From a virus: 64,000 nucleotides of DNA. The translations under genes were made by a program, and so were the position numbers. The notes under the pieces were generated by a model. The model saw nothing but the letters and a program-made list of their open reading frames with translations, ran no database searches and had not been told where the DNA came from. Positions 7,936 to 16,899 of this stretch are shown in pieces (position 1 is the first letter of the stretch; every line of letters starts with the position of its first letter). The DNA is taken from positions 103,812 to 167,811 of the IMG/VR virus record IMGVR_UViG_3300044911_002386; one strand, given 5' to 3'.

Positions 7936-9779
7936 CGCGGTGTTCCTAAAAAGTTGCCGCCAAACCGCTCGATTGTTTGATCTACGATTGATGGCTGCGG
8001 CATATTGCCGTGAAAAGCCTGCAGGGCTAATTGATGGCGATAAGCCGGGTTAATAAACGCCTGATACGACTGATTATTCCGCTGGGCTTGCAGCATCCAG
8101 TCGCCCCGTCTTTTAATTTCAGCCATGTGATTACGGATGTTCTCAAACACAGGCTTCTGCATGTCATACGCGAAAGGACCGCGGCCAAATACCGAGTTCC
8201 GCAGTTCATTTAAATACACGCTGTTCGCCGCGGCTTTTACGCCAGCCGGAATAACGGTCGGATCTATGTGGAGCCTGAAATTCGTGGGCCGGTGGGTAAT
8301 GCCTTTGTATTTCGGCTTAGCGTCGTCGATTACCCAGTCATCAGGCGATTGTGCCATCAAGCGCCGAATGATCGCGGCCTTGTGGTCGTAGCGCTTGTTA
8401 TCCGAATGTTCTTTTGCCGCTAAAAGGTCTTTGAGGATTTCGGGCTGCGCGGCTTTCTCTATTTTTTCTTGCTTGTCGTAGTAGGCCGCGTCTTCGGACA
8501 AGTGATCCTTGGCAATTTCTTTGGCGATTTGATCGTTGTCGGTGTGCTCGTGCTCATGCCGTGTTCCCCTAGTTAATTCTTTTTTCAAAAACTTATTATC
8601 GGCCTTGCCGTCGGCTTCGCCACCAGATAACAGATCCGCCTGTTTCTGCTGGCTTTGCAGTTTTTGCAGTAGGGCCGAAAGGTCTTGCCCTGGTTTGTAT
8701 TTCAGCGTGCCCGGAAGTTTGTCATACGCCGCAATCGTGGGCGTGTGAAACTTATAGACAAGATCGGCAATACGCTTTTTTTCTTGCTCGACGTCCGGCG
8801 TCCATTTTTTTGCGGGGTCTTTTTCGTACCGCTGTTTTGTGCGGCTAAGGCGTTGTTCGTACGCCTGCTCGACAGGCGGGTTTACATGCACCCTTTTGTA
8901 TTTGCTTAAAATCTCAGGCGGAAGATACGACAGCTGCACACCCTCGACCACGGCGGGCCCGTCGTTTTTCTCCAACGTTTGCATAGCCGTTTGCCGCATC
9001 AGTGCCCGAAAGTCTTGTTCTTTGGGCGAGCCGGCTGGCAAATGATTATCCGGCGTATTGTCGTCAAGAAACTTTTGAAAATTGGGATCTTGATCGACCG
9101 ATACGCGCGGCAGTTTTAATTTTTCGGCTAGGGCTTTTGACAGCGTAGATTTGCCGGCCCCAGAATGCCCGCTTACGAGCACAACCTGGCTCGGGTCCGC
9201 GGCAGCGGCTTTGCGTACCTCATTGTCGCCGAGCACGTTCTTTTTTCGTACTGCGACCGTGATGTGAAACGGATGGCCCTTCGGCAGCGGCGACAATCCG
9301 TAACTCTTGCGAATTGCGGTTAAGCCGGGGCTCGAGACTTGCACGGCCCAAACTTTGCTTACGCCGCTAATGCCTCGGACGGTTATTTCTTTTAACGGCC
9401 CAAGTGTGTAGCCAAAGTTGTGGCCACGCTCATTGATCTTATCGGCACCCACCGACTGCACTTCGTCGGCAGTCATCACAGAAATATGGGCGTTCAAAAG
9501 ATCTGCGTCAACGTTGGGCACATTCATCGCGCCGGCCAACGGCAGTTCTGCCCCGGGCGCCACCAAGGCGTCAAATAATCCACGGACTAACGCGTTTGGC
9601 ACAGATAGCAGAAGCCATCCGCTTTTTGCCAGATACAAGCGGCCAGATAATGAATGATTTGCAGCCGTCTTTGTTCCCGTGCGGCCAAGCCAGCCAATGG
9701 CGTTGCCAAGCTGGTACACGGTTTGATCTTCCAACGATGTTTCCCACAACAGCGGATCAAGACTGAATAAGCTGTTCAT
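7932..9779 (-). CDS. multi-domain protein: 2H phosphoesterase + P-loop kinase + DUF5661-like + two unknown modules
   Basis: HISV (aa 98) and HITV (aa 172); GHSGAGKST Walker A; GTRHEHEHT..AKEIAKDHLSED..YYDK; modules separated by KTAA, KAAA, KQA, KAA, KAAA. Confidence 0.8.
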   Translation of the reverse strand: MNSLFSLDPLLWETSLEDQTVYQLGNAIGWLGRTGTKTAANHSLSGRLYLAKSGWLLLSVPNALVRGLFDALVAPGAELPLAGAMNVPNVDADLLNAHISVMTADEVQSVGADKINERGHNFGYTLGPLKEITVRGISGVSKVWAVQVSSPGLTAIRKSYGLSPLPKGHPFHITVAVRKKNVLGDNEVRKAAAADPSQVVLVSGHSGAGKSTLSKALAEKLKLPRVSVDQDPNFQKFLDDNTPDNHLPAGSPKEQDFRALMRQTAMQTLEKNDGPAVVEGVQLSYLPPEILSKYKRVHVNPPVEQAYEQRLSRTKQRYEKDPAKKWTPDVEQEKKRIADLVYKFHTPTIAAYDKLPGTLKYKPGQDLSALLQKLQSQQKQADLLSGGEADGKADNKFLKKELTRGTRHEHEHTDNDQIAKEIAKDHLSEDAAYYDKQEKIEKAAQPEILKDLLAAKEHSDNKRYDHKAAIIRRLMAQSPDDWVIDDAKPKYKGITHRPTNFRLHIDPTVIPAGVKAAANSVYLNELRNSVFGRGPFAYDMQKPVFENIRNHMAEIKRRGDWMLQAQRNNQSYQAFINPAYRHQLALQAFHGNMPQPSIVDQTIERFGGNFLGTPR

Positions 9780-9795
9780 GGGTTTTCCTTGTACG

Positions 9796-9867
9796 CTGCT
9801 CGGCTAGGATTCGAACCTAGAACCATCGCATTAACAGTGCGCCGCGCTACCGTTGCGCCACCGAGCA
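9796..9867 (-). tRNA. trnN: tRNA-Asn(GTT)
   Basis: TGCTCGG/CCGAGCA acceptor stem, CTGTTAA anticodon loop, TTCGAAT T-loop; CCA not encoded. Confidence 0.92.
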
Positions 9868-9872
9868 ATAAT

Positions 9873-10037
9873 TCAACGCGAGCCGCCGATCGCTTCAGCA
9901 CTCGTGGCCGAAGACGCGTGGACAGCGGACACGCAATGGTTGACCATGGCCTGTGCGGACAGCAGCAGCAACACCGCACAGAACGCACTGGCGCCCCACG
10001 CGGCGACACTCAATTGTTTACGGACGTTCATTGTCAT
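9873..10037 (-). CDS. small hydrophobic protein
   Basis: MTMNVRKQLSVAAW..., GAGGAG RBS, overlaps the 3' end of the upstream membrane gene. Confidence 0.4.
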   Translation of the reverse strand: MTMNVRKQLSVAAWGASAFCAVLLLLSAQAMVNHCVSAVHASSATSAEAIGGSR

Positions 10038-10374
10038 GTTGATGCAACTCCTCATGATCACGTTCATGGTGGATGATGACTTTAATACCGGCACCAGATA
10101 ACAACGAAATCGCCAAATCGGTTAGCGTCGAGCCGCCCATGCCGGCCAGCACGCAAATCCCAATTAGGCCGTATACATTTTCTGTCCGGCAGTAATTTTG
10201 ATACCAAATCAGTGCGATGGCTAACCCCAGAAAACCGGCGTTAAGCATCGAGCTGATGACATTAAGTTTAGACAGTTTTTTGGCAAACCGCAAAAGAGTT
10301 GCCAAGCCTGCGAAGCCCGCGGCCCCGAAAGCACTGATAAATACGGCAATAGCGTGCAAATTTTCGTCAGACAT
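10018..10374 (-). CDS. three-TM protein, holin-like
   Basis: Three Gly-rich TM helices and a charged His-rich C-tail. Confidence 0.6.
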   Translation of the reverse strand: MSDENLHAIAVFISAFGAAGFAGLATLLRFAKKLSKLNVISSMLNAGFLGLAIALIWYQNYCRTENVYGLIGICVLAGMGGSTLTDLAISLLSGAGIKVIIHHERDHEELHQHDNERP

Positions 10375-10408
10375 GATGATAACCGCTTGATATTGCTTGC
10401 TTTATGTT

Positions 10409-10635
10409 AAATGCGTCAAAAGCCCTCGCGATCCCCTTCCGCGAGACCGACCCTGATTTAAACCAGGGTTTTACGACGACTTACAAAAGTAAAATTTACT
10501 TTGTGTGGCATTCGCCGTACCTCCAACCGCGCTCACGACTATATCTGACCGCGGAACCTGCCGAACTTTGCCGCATCCCTGCGGTAAAAAACGACCCTAA
10601 CCAGCCGGCCACCACGACTAACTTTTGACGCACTT
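10409..10635 (-). ncRNA. candidate ~225-nt structured RNA or leader
   Basis: Gap with no credible ORF; 11-bp perfect closing stem TGCGTCAAAAG (10412-22) / CTTTTGACGCA (10622-32), extended by G-U pairs on the minus strand; at least 4 internal hairpins. Confidence 0.55.
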
Positions 10636-10739
10636 CAATTTTAACAGTATTACCCTGGCCGCGATAATCGGGCTGGCAATAAAGATAGGTTGTCAAAGAT
10701 CGGTGGCTGGCAGTCTTTTACCGCCCGGCTGTCAGTACG

Positions 10740-11201
10740 TTAGATATATCGCATCGGCTCGTTGCTGCACAGGCCGGCTGGCTCGTAAAGTGCTAGCCAG
10801 TCTTCGCCGGCTGTCTCTGGAAATACAGCAATTGACCGAGATGTTAACTCGTGCCCCGGGAGCGTCCATACAAATTGTGCACTTGTTAACGCCAAGCCCT
10901 GCGTATCTAAAAACGAGTGGGCGCTGACGTTACATAAAGCGTCCAGGGTGGCCGGATCGTGAGCGCGGCACCAGACGCGCTGCTTGGATAGCAGGGCAGG
11001 TGGCGCGGGATTAAAGCCGCCGTCGTAGGGCAAGATAAAAGTGCCGCAGTGGAATACGACATCGACACAGACATGCCAGCCGGCTTTGAGGGCTTTTTGA
11101 ATATAGGCAAGTTTATTTTCATTGTCTGGCTGTCGCCCGTCGATGTTCCCGAGGTGCGAAATAATAATACCGTCAAACGGCGTCCTACTTCTTGCCGCCA
11201 T
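10740..11201 (-). CDS. GDPD/PLC-like phosphodiesterase-fold protein, short and with degenerate catalytic motif
   Basis: IISHLGN..EN..ALKAGWHVCVDV..GLCSN resembles HRG..EN..G.D.VE.DV..GI.SD; start moved to MAARSR. Confidence 0.6.
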   Translation of the reverse strand: MAARSRTPFDGIIISHLGNIDGRQPDNENKLAYIQKALKAGWHVCVDVVFHCGTFILPYDGGFNPAPPALLSKQRVWCRAHDPATLDALCNVSAHSFLDTQGLALTSAQFVWTLPGHELTSRSIAVFPETAGEDWLALYEPAGLCSNEPMRYI

Positions 11202-11278
11202 ATAACATCCTTGTAGCCAAAGCAGAAAACAACGGAGCCATCGTAGCGACCGACTTGCGGCCTGTCTACGGCCCTGCG

Positions 11279-12313
11279 TCAGAGAATCTTGGCTGCAATT
11301 AAGCAACCACGCGCGACGGCATGCAGGGGGTCATTGGCGTGCCGCACTTCTTTAATTGGTAATGGAAATCCGTTGTCGTCCAATTTTTTTGCGAACACGT
11401 CAATAAAGCCTTTGGCCTGGCTGGTCCCTCCGGCAATTACAACCGGCAACGGATCTTTAAATTTGGGTAACGCCTTGTGGCCAGCAATCGCGTGCGCCAG
11501 CATTTTGGTCGTGTAGTCAATCAACCGCTCGTAATACGCACTTACAGCAGCCAGCACCGGATTATCGTTCTGTTCGCCAATCGTGAAGTCACCCTGCTCT
11601 TTCTCGGCCTGTACCACCGAGTCTTTTTCACCAGTAGCGACGGCGGCCATACGGTCAATCCAGTCGCCGGATTTGGTGGTGCTAAACATGACTGTCGGCT
11701 CACCATTGAGCATGATGCAGCAGTTCACCATGCCAGCGCCGCATGACAGTGCCACGCCGGTGTAGTCATCTTTCTCGAGTTCGGAATAGCACAGCGCCTC
11801 GGCTTCGTTGATCGCCCGGGCCATGTACCCGCATTCGGCCAAAATGGTCATAACCACGTCTTCGTGATACCCAACGTCAAAGTCTTCGTCTTCTTGGTCG
11901 ACGGGCTGGGCCGGAACGCAAAACACAAGTTTTTCGTGGGGTTCGCTGGCCGTGCCGACGACTTCTTTCAGGATGTACGCCAGGATGCGCCGAGCGTCTT
12001 TTTCCTTGGCCGAAACAACGCCCCGGAACATGGGCCGTTTGGCTGACTCGTTGCGCTCGATGGCTTTTTCAATAGCGTCTTGCCCAAGAAGAATAAACGT
12101 GCCGTCAGCGTCTTTGACGAATAACTTGCCCTGCAGGCCTTTCTCAATCATCTTCGTGGCCACGGGGGTCGTCGGCTTGATGGCAAAGAACGCGTCACGC
12201 AGTTCCTTGTACTTCACGTAGTCGAACTTATCGTCGCTGGTGTAGCTAACGGGGGCTTCGGAGTCTGAAGCCAGGACAATGAATGAAGTACCAACGTCTA
12301 AACCTTTGGCCAT
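11279..12313 (-). CDS. actin-like ATPase (MreB/MamK/ParM superfamily)
   Basis: GLDVGTS (phosphate 1), NEAEAL (connect 1), SCGAG (phosphate 2), IAGGTS (adenosine), AVARG (connect 2). Confidence 0.85.
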   Translation of the reverse strand: MAKGLDVGTSFIVLASDSEAPVSYTSDDKFDYVKYKELRDAFFAIKPTTPVATKMIEKGLQGKLFVKDADGTFILLGQDAIEKAIERNESAKRPMFRGVVSAKEKDARRILAYILKEVVGTASEPHEKLVFCVPAQPVDQEDEDFDVGYHEDVVMTILAECGYMARAINEAEALCYSELEKDDYTGVALSCGAGMVNCCIMLNGEPTVMFSTTKSGDWIDRMAAVATGEKDSVVQAEKEQGDFTIGEQNDNPVLAAVSAYYERLIDYTTKMLAHAIAGHKALPKFKDPLPVVIAGGTSQAKGFIDVFAKKLDDNGFPLPIKEVRHANDPLHAVARGCLIAAKIL

Positions 12314-12314
12314 T

Positions 12315-12644
12315 TTATTTACCCTTTAATTGTGCCAGTTTGGAAACCGAGGCATTAATGGTGTCTTGTTTTGCCGTGGTTGTCCCGAGCTCCACGTCCG
12401 AGGCTTTCTGCAGCCCGTCTGTATTAATCTTTGTCACGACTTTTGTTTCATTGATGTCAATTGTACTGATGTCTGGCTGCAGCACGGGCGTGGGCCGTCC
12501 AGATCGCGATGGCTTCGCGAGCGGAGATTGATATACCGGCCCAGCCGGGCCCGTAAGCCGACTCGCAATAATATCGAGGCGCCCAAGAATATAGCCAAGT
12601 GCGAAAGCCAGCAAAATGGACACATGTATGATGTAACTATCCAT
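12315..12644 (-). CDS. membrane-anchored protein upstream of the actin-like gene
   Basis: N-terminal TM, Pro-rich linker, C-terminal [11 protein letters not shown] helix. Confidence 0.7.
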   Translation of the reverse strand: MDSYIIHVSILLAFALGYILGRLDIIASRLTGPAGPVYQSPLAKPSRSGRPTPVLQPDISTIDINETKVVTKINTDGLQKASDVELGTTTAKQDTINASVSKLAQLKGK

Positions 12645-13074
12645 GAGACTCTGGTACCACAAGTTTCGGTTCCCAGACAGTATAAGGGTTTACGGCTTTA
12701 GGCATAAATAACGGCAGCGTTTCGCAGACGTCAAACTGATCTTCTAGTTTTTTAAACTCTCGCGGATCTGTGGCACCGACGCCCTCCGGCAGGTCGTCAA
12801 TCCAAATGTCGATTTTGTAGCCGCGTTGTAACGTCATTGCCCGCTTTGGACCGTGATTACAGAAAATACAGTCCTTTAAAAGTTTAAAAGTGTCTTCGCC
12901 AAATACGTGCAGAAGTTGCAGCCTATTAGCCGGCGAATCAGTACGCCCTGTCACGCAGATCACTGTGTGTCCGCGGCTCACAAACAACCGCAACATATAC
13001 CGCCACATTTCCACGTCGCTGGTGAACGTGCGGTCAAAATCAATAGCGATCGTGGTGAGCCTGTACGGCGTCAT
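12637..13074 (-). CDS. HAD-superfamily phosphatase
   Basis: DFDRT motif I, VTGR motif II, Lys motif III, WIDD motif IV; start at ATGA overlap. Confidence 0.8.
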   Translation of the reverse strand: MTPYRLTTIAIDFDRTFTSDVEMWRYMLRLFVSRGHTVICVTGRTDSPANRLQLLHVFGEDTFKLLKDCIFCNHGPKRAMTLQRGYKIDIWIDDLPEGVGATDPREFKKLEDQFDVCETLPLFMPKAVNPYTVWEPKLVVPESHG

Positions 13075-13331
13075 GCGTGCCAGTTGCTCATGTATTTCAC
13101 GGCAATGTACGTGCCGATAAACGCCCCGCACGCTAGCGGAATGAGATACCACGGGTTGTGCAGATAGTTCATGACACCGTAAGCGCCCAAACTATACAAC
13201 ACGGCGCTAATTCCGCTGGCTTTCAAAGCCTGCTGACGACTGACGCAAATCACGTACAGGGCGTACAAAATGTCAAACAAAATGTAGACGACAAATACTG
13301 TTCCGGCGGTGGCCCAACTGAAGTTTTCCAT
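13071..13331 (-). CDS. small three-TM membrane protein
   Basis: 86 aa, three hydrophobic helices. Confidence 0.75.
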   Translation of the reverse strand: MENFSWATAGTVFVVYILFDILYALYVICVSRQQALKASGISAVLYSLGAYGVMNYLHNPWYLIPLACGAFIGTYIAVKYMSNWHA

Positions 13332-13350
13332 GGCAGTACTGTCTCGTGTG

Positions 13351-13827
13351 TTAAGGTCGCGAGTTGACCGCCCGGAAAGCGTGCGCCAGCGTATCGCCTA
13401 AAATCTGTCGAATACGCTCACAGTCTTCATAACTATCTTGCAACTGATCTTCATAAAAAATACGCAAGTACGTCGCCTCGATGGGGTTGTTGATCATCAG
13501 TGCGTCAAGTTGTGCAAGACGCGTGGCGTAGTTCTTGATGACTTCTTCTTCTAGCTTTAAAGCCTCAACCAGTGCCGACTCCGTATTACGACAAAGCGGA
13601 AACTGTTTGCCGCTGGAATTTGGCAGATTAAAGTGCAGCCCAAACAGCCGATCTAGAAACTGCTGGACATGCTGCATTTCCCCTTTGGCGGACTCCAAGA
13701 AAAACTCTCGGTATTCGGCCGCGTGGATGCCGATTACAGATGACGCGTGATAAAGATAAAACTGCAAATGCGTCCATTCGTTCTGTAAGTCCGCGTTCAT
13801 CAGGTCTAAAAACTGCGGGAGCGTCAT
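13351..13827 (-). CDS. ferritin-like (bacterioferritin-type) four-helix protein
   Basis: NE..Y..H, GEMQH, LEEE..Y di-iron pattern; GGAG RBS. Confidence 0.8.
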   Translation of the reverse strand: MTLPQFLDLMNADLQNEWTHLQFYLYHASSVIGIHAAEYREFFLESAKGEMQHVQQFLDRLFGLHFNLPNSSGKQFPLCRNTESALVEALKLEEEVIKNYATRLAQLDALMINNPIEATYLRIFYEDQLQDSYEDCERIRQILGDTLAHAFRAVNSRP

Positions 13828-13857
13828 GCTGGTCTCCTATTTAATAGCGTGTTAAAG

Positions 13858-14103
13858 TCAGTCAATGTCGGTGTCGTTATCCAATTCGCCGTTCGAGACG
13901 ACGTGCTCAAAGATGTCCATGGTTTTTTTGCAGCGCATCTCGTGCAGCAACTCGATGCCCATTACCGCGTTGGCAATTTTGTCCGTGTCCAGTGCGTCTT
14001 CTGTGACCATCTCAGATAAGAGCTGCAGGTCGTCTACCGTCTGCCAGCACGCCATGAGGGCCTGCTCTAAATCAAACCGGTCGTACGTTGCTTTAATTGA
14101 CAT
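13858..14103 (-). CDS. hypothetical phage protein
   Basis: DRFDLEQALMACW-type small acidic ORF with AAGGAG RBS. Confidence 0.7.
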   Translation of the reverse strand: MSIKATYDRFDLEQALMACWQTVDDLQLLSEMVTEDALDTDKIANAVMGIELLHEMRCKKTMDIFEHVVSNGELDNDTDID

Positions 14104-14593
14104 GATGTTCACGCTCCTTTTTTAAAACCCACCACGCATTTTGCCATTGCTGCCGCACACTATCGCTGAATGTCACTGATGTCTGGCCGGGCAAGATTTT
14201 ACTGGCCGGAAGAATATAAAACAGCCGTAGTTCCGTATGCACAAAAATAAATGCGTCTAGTTCGTTTTTGCGATAACTCGTCGTAACGCCGTTTGTACTT
14301 CGCCGCAGGTCGAATACGTAACTCTTGTCTGTGCGACGTTTCTTGGTTTCCTGCCCTTTAACCTGCACGCGTTTAATTACGTCGCCAAAGTACGTGATGC
14401 GGTCGACGCCGATATCAAACCGCGGCACGCAAGGCATAATGCCGTGGCGGAACATCTCGTTCTCCGCCATGTTTTCCGCAATTGCCGCGATCACATGCGC
14501 GTCTGGCAATTTAGAAAAGTTTGGCCCCAGCGTCTCGACGTCTGGCACCGGCGGCACGAGCACCTTCGACGTGAACCGGTTTTTTGCATCCAT
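14093..14593 (-). CDS. PD-(D/E)XK endonuclease (homing-type)
   Basis: E..RFDIGVD..RVQVK..YRKNELDAFI pattern. Confidence 0.7.
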   Translation of the reverse strand: MDAKNRFTSKVLVPPVPDVETLGPNFSKLPDAHVIAAIAENMAENEMFRHGIMPCVPRFDIGVDRITYFGDVIKRVQVKGQETKKRRTDKSYVFDLRRSTNGVTTSYRKNELDAFIFVHTELRLFYILPASKILPGQTSVTFSDSVRQQWQNAWWVLKKEREHHVN

Positions 14594-14609
14594 GCAAAAC
14601 GACCAGGGG

Positions 14610-14906
14610 TTATTTGTAGGTGTAACGTTTCGTTGGATCGCGGGGCGGTGGATCTGTGAAACAAACCGTCAGTAAATCAAACACGGCCGACGTAAGGATC
14701 GGGGCCAGGCAAAACAACATCACACCGCCGCAAATAAAAGCACCGATGTCGCCGAAGAATAACACCAACGGAAAAAACGTTAGTACGCAAAGCAGCATGC
14801 AACCAAATGCCCGTCGGTGCAGCCGTTCTCGCTGTGCCCACCTTTTGTTTTTTTTGACGGTCGCATGTTCGTCGAGCAAGCGGTCGAGTTCAGGTACGGC
14901 GCTCAT
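14610..14906 (-). CDS. two-TM membrane protein
   Basis: Two hydrophobic helices. Confidence 0.65.
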   Translation of the reverse strand: MSAVPELDRLLDEHATVKKNKRWAQRERLHRRAFGCMLLCVLTFFPLVLFFGDIGAFICGGVMLFCLAPILTSAVFDLLTVCFTDPPPRDPTKRYTYK

Positions 14907-14909
14907 GAG

Positions 14910-15479
14910 TCATCTGCGTGCAAATACTAAGGCTGACCGCGCAATGTGGTGGGCACTATCAAGTGCCGAGTACTGCCGCACACGCGCACTGTCTTCGGGA
15001 AGCATATTAAACCCGGCAACGTTAAATTGGTCAACCCAATATTTATCGTCTTTACAGTTTACATGGTGGTAACCGCCCTGCTCCGGAACGGCGTGCGAAA
15101 GCATGACAAACTTCGCCCCCTGAAACGTCGCCATTAAGTTCGGCACGTACGGCTCAGCAATGTGCTCGACGACTTCGACGCAGTAAATTAAATCTACAGC
15201 ACAGTACAGCGGGGCATGCGTTATGTCATGTAAAATTGTTGGAAAACTTGACATTTCGACGTTCTTTTTTAACCCGTCGACGGCTACGACTAGCGGCCCA
15301 AGTTTGGAGAAAAAATGGGCACTGTAGCCCAGTCCGGAGCCTAAATCCAACAGCGTCCGCACAGCAAACCGGTCTACGAGATACCGCCACGTCGTCGGAG
15401 AATATGTAAACGGATCGCCTTCGTTGATATTGCCGCCCAGGTGCGGATTAGCGTCGTCTGTAACGAACGTGTAGGTCAT
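14910..15479 (-). CDS. class I SAM-dependent methyltransferase
   Basis: LLDLGSGLG, AVDG, CVEVVEHI, QGGYHHVN. Confidence 0.85.
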   Translation of the reverse strand: MTYTFVTDDANPHLGGNINEGDPFTYSPTTWRYLVDRFAVRTLLDLGSGLGYSAHFFSKLGPLVVAVDGLKKNVEMSSFPTILHDITHAPLYCAVDLIYCVEVVEHIAEPYVPNLMATFQGAKFVMLSHAVPEQGGYHHVNCKDDKYWVDQFNVAGFNMLPEDSARVRQYSALDSAHHIARSALVFARR

Positions 15480-16075
15480 GCCTGCTCCGGCCGGCTAAAG
15501 ACGCCGACATAAAACTCGCCGTTGAGGCCATCGGCATCGGCGACACCTTGAAAATGGAAGTCTGTGTGCCAGCCTGCTTCTTTGAACGGTGCCATAAGCA
15601 TGGGCGCCGTGAGCGTGTGCAAATGCCCTGTGTATGGCGGCAAATTAATCCACTCAAATAGCCGTACTCGTTTGGCTACTCGGATTGACTGCTGAAGGAC
15701 GGCAGTCGGATCTTCGACGTGCTGCAAGCAGTTGTAGATCCATGCCTCGTCAAACTTGGCACCAGGAAGTATGTCGCTGAGTTCTTCCCCGCGGCAGAAC
15801 ACACGCGAAATAGCTGCCGCCGTATAGCCCAGCTCCAAAGAGCCGTAATTAATCGGGTCAACCGCACAGCCAAACCCGACCTGGACGCGCTGCAGAATAG
15901 AGAAGGGCCCGCAGCCAATATCGACCACAGCCAGGTCGGGAGAATCTTTGATACCCAGCCAGCCGGCAACCGTGTCGCCCTTTTTAATTTCTACACTGTA
16001 CTGCTGCGGTGTGTTCAACCACCAGTCGCGCTCCCATTTCTGCGCCTTCTCCCACTCAACCTGATTGGGTCGCAT
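15476..16075 (-). CDS. class I SAM-dependent methyltransferase
   Basis: VVDIGCGP, AVDP, NCLQHVEDP. Confidence 0.85.
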   Translation of the reverse strand: MRPNQVEWEKAQKWERDWWLNTPQQYSVEIKKGDTVAGWLGIKDSPDLAVVDIGCGPFSILQRVQVGFGCAVDPINYGSLELGYTAAAISRVFCRGEELSDILPGAKFDEAWIYNCLQHVEDPTAVLQQSIRVAKRVRLFEWINLPPYTGHLHTLTAPMLMAPFKEAGWHTDFHFQGVADADGLNGEFYVGVFSRPEQA

Positions 16076-16138
16076 GTGTACTCCGTTGCGGGGTGTGCCG
16101 TAATCTACAGCGGTCCACCCAAACTAGTCAACGGGGCA

Positions 16139-16852
16139 TTACAACTTTTTCAAGATAGCGGCTACAAGCGGATGGCGCACCACGTCATTTGTTGTGAATT
16201 TAATCGTGCTAATGCCGGCCACATCCTGAAGTCTAGCCACGACGTCGACCAGCGGCGGCGGGCTATACGGCAGGTCACTTTGAAACGGGTCACCGGTAAC
16301 AATGACCTGGGTATTCTGCCCAAAGCGCGAAAGAAATAACTTGAGTTGCTGGTAGCTCGCGTTCTGCGCTTCGTCAAAAATGCAAATAGCGTTATTGAAT
16401 GTTCGCCCGCGCATGTAGCACAGCGGCGCTAGCATAATGCTCTTATTGATGATTTCCCGTTTGGGGCCGCACTTACCAATCAAAGCGTCCATCGTGTCAT
16501 ACAACGGAGCCATGTACGGATTAACTTTCTCGCCGAACGTGCCGGGAAGATAACCCAGCCGCTCGCCCGCTTCAACGATGGGCCGCGTTAACACGATGAA
16601 TTCGCGGCGCTTGTTTAATACTTCGTTGAGCGCATACGCCATAGCCAAGAACGTTTTGCCAGAGCCAGCCGACCCTAGCAAAAACGTCATGGGGCTTTTG
16701 CTCATCGTATTCCAGGCATGCTTCTGACTGGCGTTGCGCCACTCAATAATCAGCGATGCGCTTTTGTCTTGTTTCTCCAGTTGTTCTACTGCTTTGACTT
16801 TCCTCTTTGCTTTTCGCTCAGCCTTTCGAACCGACTTGTTGTTTGTTCGCAT
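16139..16852 (-). CDS. phoH: PhoH-family ATPase
   Basis: GSAGSGKT, LTRPIVEAGERLGYLPG, YMRGRTF, DEAQN, TGDPFQSDL, VVRHPLV. Confidence 0.95.
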   Translation of the reverse strand: MRTNNKSVRKAERKAKRKVKAVEQLEKQDKSASLIIEWRNASQKHAWNTMSKSPMTFLLGSAGSGKTFLAMAYALNEVLNKRREFIVLTRPIVEAGERLGYLPGTFGEKVNPYMAPLYDTMDALIGKCGPKREIINKSIMLAPLCYMRGRTFNNAICIFDEAQNASYQQLKLFLSRFGQNTQVIVTGDPFQSDLPYSPPPLVDVVARLQDVAGISTIKFTTNDVVRHPLVAAILKKL

Positions 16853-16899
16853 TGCGGCGTTCCTTGCCTATTTTTTATCGCGGCTGGTTGTGCAATAAG

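Noticed and set aside
9776-10101. ORFs 9776-10009(-), 9789-10076(+), 9853-10101(+)
   Set aside because: They overlap tRNA-Asn and have no coding signals
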